A stretch of DNA of 64,000 nucleotides, taken from NCBI GenBank assembly GCA_016720805.1, contig JADKJZ010000014.1:193772-257771 (forward strand), in the 5' to 3' direction. How positions within the stretch are numbered: the stretch's first letter is position 1; every line of letters starts with the position of its first letter. A program made the position numbers and the translations under genes. Below, piece after piece: positions 47,703-56,192 of this stretch. This DNA is from Gemmatimonadota bacterium (lineage in GTDB: Bacteria > Gemmatimonadota > Gemmatimonadetes > Gemmatimonadales > GWC2-71-9). Under the pieces are notes generated by a model. That model saw nothing but the letters and a program-made list of their open reading frames with translations. It ran no database searches and was not told where the DNA came from.

Positions 47703-48194
47703 TCAGTCCAGGCGTTGCGAGTACGTGGCCGACTGTCCGACCGATTCCTCGACCTCGATCTCGAGGAAGGTGAGGTTGGCGCCATCGGCGGCGAGGTCTT
47801 CGCGCACCTTCACCGCGACCCACTCCGCGATCATCTCGGCAGTGGTATTGGCGATCGGCAGCATGGCGCAGTCCTTCGTGGGGAACTGGTAGGTCTGCTC
47901 TCCGAAATACTCGACGAAGGTCATCGCCCCTTCAGTGCGAAAGGCGAGCTTCGGATTGTTGGTCGGAAGCAGGACCCGGTGGTCCATGATGTCGACGTAC
48001 CGCCGGACGATCCGCTTGAGGATCGCGAAGTCCACCACGAAGAGACACTCGCTGTCGATCGGCCCTTCGACGGCCACGCTGATCCGGTAGTTGTGACCGT
48101 GCAGCGACTCGCAGGTGTGCCCGCGGAAGGTGATGAAGTGCGCCGACGAGAAGACCAGGTAGTCCTTGCTGACCGTAACGCGAAATGTGCCCAC
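47703..48194 (-). CDS. 6-pyruvoyl-/6-carboxy-tetrahydropterin synthase family
   Basis: SAHFITFRGHTCESLHGHNY (Cys plus His Zn-site signature). Confidence 0.85.
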   Translation of the reverse strand: MGTFRVTVSKDYLVFSSAHFITFRGHTCESLHGHNYRISVAVEGPIDSECLFVVDFAILKRIVRRYVDIMDHRVLLPTNNPKLAFRTEGAMTFVEYFGEQTYQFPTKDCAMLPIANTTAEMIAEWVAVKVREDLAADGANLTFLEIEVEESVGQSATYSQRLD

Positions 48195-48374
48195 AGCATG
48201 CTCCAGAATCGTTGCCGCGCGGACGAGAGGTGCCGCCGCGGCACCAAGTTACCACGACATGCGCCGACTCACCATCGGACAGGTGTCCACGAATCAGGAC
48301 ACTCCTCCGCGCGGGGCAGTGACGTAACTCCTTGTGGGACATGGGATTTCGGTGTGGCACGGCGCTGGCACTTC

Positions 48375-48465
48375 AGTGAACGGTCAACGGTGAACGGTGA
48401 ACGGGCCTCCGAGCCGCAGCGCCGCAACCGATGGCATCGATCACCGTTCACCGTTCACCGTTCAC
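48375..48465. repeat. Inverted period-7 arrays: AGTGAAC GGTCAAC 2x GGTGAAC / CGATCAC 3x CGTTCAC
   Basis: Left array 48375-48402, 35-nt centre, right array 48438-48465 ending 18 nt before ATG 48484. Confidence 0.9.
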
Positions 48466-48483
48466 TTCCTGCTGGAGGCTCTC

Positions 48484-48993
48484 ATGCGCACCGCATCGTT
48501 CGTCCTCACCCCGATGGCCGCCCTGGCCCTTGCCATCACTCCGCTCTCGGCCCAGGTCCGGGCCAGCGTCCATATCGACATCCCGATTCTTGGCACCCAT
48601 CGCCCCGTCATCGTGGACCGCGATGACCGCTACGACGACCGCCGCTACATCGTCGAGGTGCGCGACTACTCGTCGCGCAACTACGGCCAGTGGAAGAAGG
48701 AGTACCGGAACTGGCGCCCCGTGACCATCTACGTGGTCAATGGCCGCTACTACGAGCGTCAGGTCCGCGGTGCCCGCCCGGTCTCGGTCTACTACTACCG
48801 GAACCAGTACTTCTTCGAGCCGCGCGATCGCGACTTCTACCGGTACCGCGACGACCACCGCAACGATCGCTGGGATGACCGTCGCGACGATCGGCGCGAT
48901 GACCGATACGGCAATCGCGACGATCGTGACGACCGTCGCGATCCCCCGCGCCCGAACACCCGGTACGAAGACCGGTCCCGGCCCCGCCAGTAA
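48484..48993 (+). CDS. Secreted Arg/Asp/Tyr-rich low-complexity protein
   Basis: ATG 48484. Signal peptide MRTASFVLTPMAALALAITPLSAQ. Tail of RDDR/DRRDD repeats. Confidence 0.65.
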   Translation: MRTASFVLTPMAALALAITPLSAQVRASVHIDIPILGTHRPVIVDRDDRYDDRRYIVEVRDYSSRNYGQWKKEYRNWRPVTIYVVNGRYYERQVRGARPVSVYYYRNQYFFEPRDRDFYRYRDDHRNDRWDDRRDDRRDDRYGNRDDRDDRRDPPRPNTRYEDRSRPRQ

Positions 48994-49014
48994 CCGGCGG
49001 GGCAGTTCCCCAGG

Positions 49015-49896
49015 CTAGTGGGCGATATGCTCGCCGGTGATTTCCACGGCGGGCAGTTGCCCGGTCAGCCGCAGCGAAACGTTCCAGAGCCGCGCCCCGA
49101 CCACCGCGTCATGCGAGAGCAGCGACGACGTGGCGGGGCGCGAACGCTTGAAGTACTTCCCCGAGACGCCCTCGACATCGCGTGACGCGGCCAGGTACAG
49201 CAGGGACGTTGCGGCGTCTTCCGGCGAAATCGTGAAGCGCTTGACGAACGGCCAGAGCCAGTGCGACCACCAGCGGCGATACCCCGACTCGAGCAGCTCC
49301 GTCCCGACCACGCCCGGGTGGCAGGCATTGATCGTCACGCCACTGCCCTCGAGACGGTGCGCCAGGTCGTAACAGAACATCACGTTCGCCAGCTTCGAGC
49401 GCCCGTAGGCGGTGATGCCGTTGTAACGCTTGGTGCTTTCCCAGTCCTCGGGGTCGGTCGCCCGCTGGTGCGCCTCCGAGGCGACCATGATCACGCGCGC
49501 CGGGGCGCTTGCCTCGAGCAGGTCGAGCAGACCGGTGGTCAGGAGGAACGGCGCGAGGTGGTTCGTGGCGAAGGTGGCTTCGACCCGGTCCACCGTCTCC
49601 TCGCGGTGCATCTGGAAGGTCCCGGCGTTGTTGATCAGGACATCCAGGCGAGGCGTCGCGGCCTTGACCTCCTGTACCAGGCGGCGGACTTCGGCCTGGC
49701 TGGAGAGATCGGCCACCAGCAGCGTGATCCGCGCATTGCCGGTGGCGGCGATGATTTCGCGCCGTGCCGCCTCACCGGCCTCGCGGTGGCGGCACGACAT
49801 CAGGATCGTCGCGCCGAGGCGCGCGAGCCCCTCGACCGTGGCGCGGCCAATGCCGCGACTCGCTCCCGTGACCAGGCAGACCTTCCCGTCCATCAT
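49015..49896 (-). CDS. Short-chain dehydrogenase/reductase
   Basis: Start moved to ATG 49896. TGASRGIG, NNAG, and the YGRSK catalytic motif. Confidence 0.85.
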   Translation of the reverse strand: MMDGKVCLVTGASRGIGRATVEGLARLGATILMSCRHREAGEAARREIIAATGNARITLLVADLSSQAEVRRLVQEVKAATPRLDVLINNAGTFQMHREETVDRVEATFATNHLAPFLLTTGLLDLLEASAPARVIMVASEAHQRATDPEDWESTKRYNGITAYGRSKLANVMFCYDLAHRLEGSGVTINACHPGVVGTELLESGYRRWWSHWLWPFVKRFTISPEDAATSLLYLAASRDVEGVSGKYFKRSRPATSSLLSHDAVVGARLWNVSLRLTGQLPAVEITGEHIAH

Positions 49897-49959
49897 TCCT
49901 CCCGCCGGTGCTCCCGGCACAATCCCGAACCTGCACAGCCCCAATTATAGCCGCGGGGG

Positions 49960-52686
49960 ATGTACTTTTCCCCTGTGGACCTCAAGCGCGACCATTTCCT
50001 CCCGCCCGACCCAGATGCCTACCACCGGGCCGACCACCCCCGCGGTCGGGTCATTGTCATTGCCCCCACCCGCGCGTCGTGCGAGACCATCGAGCTCGCC
50101 CTCCATGCCCGGGTCGAGACGCTCCTGCAGCGGAAGCATGGCGCCGAGCTCATGGAGTGGGCGGGCGCCGGCAAGGGCTTCGGCATCGTCGCCGGGACCG
50201 GGACCGGGAAGACGCTCGGCACCCGGCTGATCGCCGAAGCGATCCTGCGCGAGCCGCTGCTGATCGGGGTCGTCAACCGCGAGCGGGAGGCGACCCCCGA
50301 CACCCCGTCGTGGAATGTCATTGTGGTCACCACGGGGATCGCACGCCGCTGGCTGACCGACGGCTTCGTGACCCCCCGCGACACGCTGATCGTCGACGAG
50401 ATCCACCAGACCTCCGCCGAGCTCGAACTCTGCCTCGCCCTCGGGAAGCGAACCGGGTGCCGGTTCATCTGGCTCTCCGCCACGGTCAACCCGACGTTCT
50501 ATCGCGCGTACCTGAACAGCGACGAGATGCTCGAGACGTCGGCGTTCGACCCGGCGCTCCGTGCGCACGTCACGGTCGAACCGAAGCAGCCGGAAGCGTA
50601 TCTCGACGATGCCACCATTCGGCGATTCGTGCGCGAGAATCGCGGCGTGGCGGTCTTCCTCCCGACGCGCGCCGAGGTGGAGCGCCTGGGCGAAGGACTG
50701 GCAGCGCGCTTCCCCAAGCTCAACGCCGCGTTCTATCACGGCGGCGAGCCGATCCGGATCATCCGCCCCTTCCTCGAGGGCGAGGTCAAGAAGCCGTACC
50801 TGCTGGCGATGACGGCGGCCGGACAGTCGGCGCTCAACCTGCCGGGCCTCGACACCGTGATCATCTACGACGCCCGCTACGGCAACGTCGTCGACCGCGG
50901 CAAGAACGTCCTGCATCGCCTCTACCTCGGCGCCAACGAGATCCTCCAGATGGCCGGCCGCGTGCACGGGCGCGTTGCCAATGGTCAGGTGGTGATCCTC
51001 TCCGATCGGGCACTCGATTTCGCCACCCTGAAGCCGGCGCCGCCGGAGTTCCAGTTGGCCGGCGATGCGGAGCGTGTCGCGCTGACCTGCGCGGCCATCG
51101 GCGTCGATGCCAGTGGCCTCGACTTGCCGGTGCCGCTCGATCGCACCGCGTACCGCGAGGCGATGGCGCGGCTCACGTCGCGCGGATTGATCGAGAACGG
51201 CCGACTCACCCGGTATGGCCGCGACGTTGAGGCGCTGCCGGTCGAGCGGCCGTGGGCGGAACTGCTCGTGCACGCCGACGAGACGCTGTTGCCGCTGGTG
51301 GCCGGGGCGAGCGGCATCGACTCGCTGCACCGGATGACCCGCGAGGAGCGCGACCTGCACGGCGCCTTGGTGCCCGGCAGCGACCACCTCACGGCCTACA
51401 ACCTGCTGGTCGAAGCGGTGAACCAGTGCAGCACGTTGGGCGAGGTGCACGGACTGCGTCGCCACGTCTTCGACGAGAAGGCCCTCGGCCTCTGGGCCGA
51501 GAAGCGGGGCGTGCTGCAGAAGGCAATCGAAGACGGAGCGCTGGCGATGGCCTCCGTCTATCGCGCGCTCGACCTCGAGTTGCCGGCGACGATTCCCTAC
51601 GCCGATCGCGATCGGCGCGCCGCGTTCATCGACCTGCTGGCGCGGATCGCGCCGTTCGAGCTGGTGCTCGACGAGCGGACGGTGGACGGACAGGACGCCC
51701 GCATCTCGAAGACCTCGGTGGCCGGGAGCTGGGGCGCCGTCGCCGGCAACCTGCGGTACTTTGCCGACCGCTTCGGCACGGCGCGCGCGAGCATCGAGGG
51801 GACGACGATTCCCTTCGACCTGGTCCGCCGCTATGCCAGCTACGGGGCGCCGCAGGTGGTGCTCGCGGGGCACAAGCATCGGCAGGGGCTCGGCATCTCG
51901 CGCCGGCTCGCCTACTTCGGCTTCGAGCTCGAGCACGACCTGCAGCACATCGAGGGCGAGATCCCCGACGCGCTGCAGGCCGAGGCTCGGGAGCTGCTCA
52001 CGGAAGGGTTGCTCGATGGGTCGGTCGAGCATCCTGACCGTGGTCGCATCGTCCGCATCGTGCGCGACCTCGACGAATACTGGCGGCGCAGTGGCGGTGC
52101 CCTGCAGGGGGTCGATCCGGCCACCATCCGGGCGCTGATCCGGGCGCAGCTGGAGGATGTCACCAGTTGGGCGGGCTTCCAGAAGACCGCCATCACGCTC
52201 GATGCCGAGGCGATGATTCCGCTCGACGCGCGGCGCCACCTCGACGCCTTGCCCACCTCGGTGCGCATCCATGGCGACGCGTCGCCGATCGGCTACGAGG
52301 TGCGCAACAACCTGCCGATCGCGCGGCTCTACTTGCGCGAAGGGCAGGCGCGCCGCTTCGTCGCGGAGGACATTCCGGTGCTCGACCGGCCGGTGGTCTT
52401 TGCCGTGAAGCGCGCGGATGAGCTGTTGCAGGCTGAGGATCTGGCCGGGTTGCAGGCGATTCTCTCGCGTCCGCTGCCGCGGCGCATGGACCCGCCGGGC
52501 CGGCGTGGTGCCGGTCACGGACCGCAGGATCGCGACCGCAACGCCCGGGGCCGTGGTGGGCAGGGTGGTGGTCGCGGGCGAGGCCGGGATGACCGTCGCG
52601 GTGGCGGTGGTGGCGGCGGCGGTGGTGGAGGGCGTGGCGGCAAGGGCGGTGGCAAAGGCGGACGCGGCGGAGGAAAGCGGCGGTGA
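49960..52686 (+). CDS. Divergent DEAH-box (HrpA/HrpB-like) helicase with C-terminal Arg/Gly-rich tail
   Basis: Walker A AGTGTGKT, DEIH, TAAGQSALNLPG, HA2-like LTSRGLIE ... SDHLTAYNLL. The last 65 aa or so are RGG/GGK repeats. Confidence 0.8.
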   Translation: MYFSPVDLKRDHFLPPDPDAYHRADHPRGRVIVIAPTRASCETIELALHARVETLLQRKHGAELMEWAGAGKGFGIVAGTGTGKTLGTRLIAEAILREPLLIGVVNREREATPDTPSWNVIVVTTGIARRWLTDGFVTPRDTLIVDEIHQTSAELELCLALGKRTGCRFIWLSATVNPTFYRAYLNSDEMLETSAFDPALRAHVTVEPKQPEAYLDDATIRRFVRENRGVAVFLPTRAEVERLGEGLAARFPKLNAAFYHGGEPIRIIRPFLEGEVKKPYLLAMTAAGQSALNLPGLDTVIIYDARYGNVVDRGKNVLHRLYLGANEILQMAGRVHGRVANGQVVILSDRALDFATLKPAPPEFQLAGDAERVALTCAAIGVDASGLDLPVPLDRTAYREAMARLTSRGLIENGRLTRYGRDVEALPVERPWAELLVHADETLLPLVAGASGIDSLHRMTREERDLHGALVPGSDHLTAYNLLVEAVNQCSTLGEVHGLRRHVFDEKALGLWAEKRGVLQKAIEDGALAMASVYRALDLELPATIPYADRDRRAAFIDLLARIAPFELVLDERTVDGQDARISKTSVAGSWGAVAGNLRYFADRFGTARASIEGTTIPFDLVRRYASYGAPQVVLAGHKHRQGLGISRRLAYFGFELEHDLQHIEGEIPDALQAEARELLTEGLLDGSVEHPDRGRIVRIVRDLDEYWRRSGGALQGVDPATIRALIRAQLEDVTSWAGFQKTAITLDAEAMIPLDARRHLDALPTSVRIHGDASPIGYEVRNNLPIARLYLREGQARRFVAEDIPVLDRPVVFAVKRADELLQAEDLAGLQAILSRPLPRRMDPPGRRGAGHGPQDRDRNARGRGGQGGGRGRGRDDRRGGGGGGGGGGGRGGKGGGKGGRGGGKRR

Positions 52687-53591
52687 GCCTCGGCGTCATC
52701 CTGGCGCTGGTGATGGTGCAGGTGCTCTTCGCGTCGCTCGCCATCACCGGCAAATTCGTGCTGCCGTTCGTTCCCGCGTTTGCGTTGGTCGCCTTCCGGC
52801 TCGCCGGTGGTGCCATCGTCTTCGATCTGGTGCGGCGTCGCCAGGCGGTGGTGGTCATCCCGCGCGGCGATCGCTGGCGGCTCATCGGGCTCGGGCTGCT
52901 CGGCCTCGCGATCAACCAGACCCTCTTCCTCTTCGGCCTGCGCCACAGCACCGCGATCAACGCGACGATTCTCGTCGCCACCATTCCGGTCCTCACGGCC
53001 ATCATCGGCGTCGTCACCGGCCGCGAACGTCCCGCGCCCCTCAAGCTCGCCGGAATGGCGATCGCGATCGTGGGCACCGTCTGGCTGATCGGGCCCGATC
53101 GCATCGCCTTCGATCATGACACCGCGCTCGGCAACCTGTCGATCGAAGTCGGCATGGTGGCCTACGCGCTGTATCTGGTCTACTCACGAGCGCTGGTGCG
53201 TCGCCACGGCTCCATTCCCTCGGTCGCACTGATCTTCACTTCCGCCGCGATCGGCTACTTCCCGATCGGCGCGTGGGCGCTCTGGCATCTGGATTGGACC
53301 ACGGTGCCACTGTCGGCGTGGTGGTGGACGCTCTGGATCGTGTTGGGGCCGACGGTGGGGACCTACTTTCTCAATCTCTGGGCGCTCAAGCGCACCTCGT
53401 CGAACGTCGTGGCCGGCTTTGTCTACCTGCAACCGATGTTGACCGCGGTGGTCGCGCCGCTGGTGCTCGCGGGCGAGCAGTTGACGCCGCGAGCGATCGG
53501 CGCCGGGCTCGCGATCTTTGTGGGGTTGGGGTGCATCCTCCGCGCCGAGCAGATGGCGCTCGAGGCCTCGGCGGCGGGCGCGGAGAGCTAG
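52683..53591 (+). CDS. EamA/DMT family transporter
   Basis: Ten hydrophobic segments forming two EamA-like halves. GTGA overlap with the helicase stop. Confidence 0.8.
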   Translation: MSLGVILALVMVQVLFASLAITGKFVLPFVPAFALVAFRLAGGAIVFDLVRRRQAVVVIPRGDRWRLIGLGLLGLAINQTLFLFGLRHSTAINATILVATIPVLTAIIGVVTGRERPAPLKLAGMAIAIVGTVWLIGPDRIAFDHDTALGNLSIEVGMVAYALYLVYSRALVRRHGSIPSVALIFTSAAIGYFPIGAWALWHLDWTTVPLSAWWWTLWIVLGPTVGTYFLNLWALKRTSSNVVAGFVYLQPMLTAVVAPLVLAGEQLTPRAIGAGLAIFVGLGCILRAEQMALEASAAGAES

Positions 53592-55634
53592 CGGGCCGCG
53601 GGTCGGGCCCGGCCACGTCCCGCACGCACCAACCGCTCGAGCCGCTCGCCGAGGCGGTCCACGGCATCGCGGTGGGCCGCGAGCGCCGTGGCCAACTGCG
53701 CGCGTTCGGCCATGAACGATTCCAGCACGGCGGTCAGGTGTTCATCACGCGCGCTGCGTCGCGCCGCCACCATGTTCGCTTCCTCGATCGCGGGCCAGAG
53801 CGCCCGGGCCGAACTCTCGAGGCCGCCCGCGAGTTCCGTGATTCGGCGCGCGGTCACTTCGCTCGCCTCGGCCTCCCGAATCGCTTCGGTCAACGCGTGG
53901 CGGAGCGTCTCCAGTTCCGATTGCAGTGCGGTGCCGTCGCTGGCGAGGGCCGCCGTCTGCGCGGCAATCGCGCTCGACGCATCGGTGGTGGCATCGGCGA
54001 GGCGCCGGATCTCCTCGGCGAGGACCGTGAAGGTCCGCCCTGCCGCGCCGGCGCGGCTTGCCTCGAGCGCCGCCGTGTTGGCCAGCAAGTTGGTGCGGAA
54101 CGCGACCCCGCTCACGGTGTCGTTGCTCGCCGCGATGGCCTCACTGTGTCGGTCGATCGCGGACAAGTCCACGCGCAGTGCCGCCAGGCCGTCGACGGCG
54201 CGCGCGATGGCGTCGGTGGCCGCGCGGGTGTGCGCGCGCGCTTCCGCGACCGCGGTCTCGAGCCCGTCACTCCGCGCGCCGATGGCCTTGCTGCCGTCAC
54301 TCAACTGGGTGAGCACCTCGCTGGCGTCGACGGGCAACGGCAGCCCGCGGCCGTCGTCGGTCACCAACTCCGGCAACAACCCGGTGGCGTGCGCCAACCC
54401 GCGACTCACTTCGCCGGCATCGTGCGCAAAGCCGCCGAGTTGCATCTCCCGCTCGGCTTCCCGTCGCCGCACTCGAATCGTCGAGGAAATCGGCCCGAGA
54501 AAGGCGAGCAGCCACTCCCGCTCGCGGCGGCCAAAGGCTCCCCGGAAAGCGCCCTTCGAGATACACCTCGCCGAGCGGATCGCCGCTCCGGCCGATCGGC
54601 GCCACGACCGAACGCCGCTCGTCGAAGGTCTCGGCGTCCGGCACGAACGCCCCCTCGGGCCGCGCGCGCCGTGGGGTCCCGACCGTGACTTCCAGATCTG
54701 GCGTCCCGATCCGGATCACCACGGCCTCCGCCTCGAAGATCGTCCGCAACTGTTCGGCGCTCTCGCGAATGCCGGCTTGCAGGTCGGCGTCGTCCAGCAG
54801 ACGCTGGGCGAGCCGATAGGCCGCCAGGTCCCGCTTCCGTGGATTGACCATCGGCAGGGCAAGGATCCCCCCCAAGCCGAAGATGGCCAACAGCGGAAGG
54901 GTCGTGAAGACCGGGAGAATGGGGAGCCCAATCGACCCCAGCAGCTCGGGCACCAGCGAACTCACCACCGCCGGGACCAGGCCGAAGAGGACCGCCGCCA
55001 GCGTCCAGCTCACGGCCTGGCGCTGGGAGGCCCGGCGATTGGACGAGGCCAGCGAGAGCAGGAGCGCGCCGACGGCCAGGGTGGCCCCGACCGGTTCAAA
55101 GGTCTGCCGCAGGAAGAAGCCGTCGACCACCCGGAGGAGCGGCGCCTCGCCAAAGGCGATCCCCCCGGCGGTGGCCACAAAGAGGGCGCCGTGGAGGGCA
55201 TACCAGCCGGTCACGATCCCGAACCAGAAGCGCTGCTGGTGGTTCCAGGCGACCGCGAGTGCGAAGTGGACGACGACGGGCGTCAACAGGTAACGCCACG
55301 GGCCGACGATCAGAAACAGCCCGAGCGGGGTGGACTTGCTGACTGGCGCGTCAAGGGACAGGAGCGCAGTCAGGACGGCCGCGGCCGAGACGAGCCCGAG
55401 GAATGGGGCGGTCGGTGGGGCCTCCGGCGTCTGGATGAGCGCCAGGACACCCAGTCCGAGCAGGAGCAGGGCCACCAGCCCGGAGACGGCGACCACGGTC
55501 GAGTCCGGTGCCGGCGAAATGAGGAGGGGGCCGACGACCAGCCCCGCACTGATACAGGCGACCGCCGCAATGAGCGGCCAGCTCCCGAGCGGGCGGCGGA
55601 GTGACACGGAGGCGGTCGTTTGGGCATCAGTCAT
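53588..55634 (-). pseudogene. Polytopic membrane sensor - GAF-like - MCP signalling domain protein, frameshifted near 54540 (or sequence error)
   Basis: 5' ORF 54297-55634 (MTDAQ ..., about 8 TM, ... GEVYLEGRFPG). It continues in another frame as AFGRREREWLLAFLGPISSTIR ... into ORF 53588-54472, which carries NLLANTAALEASRAGAAGRTFTVLAEEIRRLAD. Confidence 0.6.
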
Positions 55635-55712
55635 GGATGAGGGAAGAATATGGCCCGTCGGAGCGGGGAGAGGAAACCGCCCCACGTCACCAACTGAAAC
55701 CAAGAGGCCCCC

Positions 55713-56192
55713 TTGGGCGTATCACCTGACATGACCCAGCCGATGATGACCCCGACCCTTCCGTCGGTCTTCTCGCCGCTCGCGAAGGCGCTCCTCGATT
55801 CATTCAACGAGGGCGTCATCGTGTTCGACAAGGACGGGCGGATTCTCTACCTCAACGCCTCCGGGCGTGATTCCCTCGCCGAGGCTGGACTGGATCCCGC
55901 CGGTGAGAAGGACGACCTCCTCCCTGAGCTCGCCGGGATGGGTGGTCGGCTCGCCCCGATCCGGGTTGGTTCGTTGGAACTCGGTGAGGCGATCTTCCTC
56001 CCCCGCCGGGAGGGTCCGACCACCCTCGCGGAGCGAGAAAAGGACGCGATTGTCCGCTCGCTCGAGGCGCACAATTGGCGCCTCGCGGAAACGGCAAAGA
56101 CCCTCGGCATCTCGCGCACCACGCTGTGGCGTCGCCTCCGTGCCTATGGCCTCCACCGTGACGGGCGCACCAAGTGGGATCAGGCGTCGTAG
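55713..56192 (+). CDS. PAS-like plus Fis-type HTH DNA-binding protein
   Basis: C-terminal EREKDAIVRSLEAHNWRLAETAKTLGISRTTLWRRLRAYG. Alternative start ATG 55731. Confidence 0.7.
   Translation: MGVSPDMTQPMMTPTLPSVFSPLAKALLDSFNEGVIVFDKDGRILYLNASGRDSLAEAGLDPAGEKDDLLPELAGMGGRLAPIRVGSLELGEAIFLPRREGPTTLAEREKDAIVRSLEAHNWRLAETAKTLGISRTTLWRRLRAYGLHRDGRTKWDQAS

Noticed and set aside
49945-52518. 857-aa minus-strand ORF opposite the DEAH helicase. Similar shadow ORFs occur at 12037-13929, 35653-37077, 15394-16701 and 58930-60246.
   Set aside because: The same reasoning applies: no motifs, a biased composition, and full overlap with well-supported genes on the other strand.
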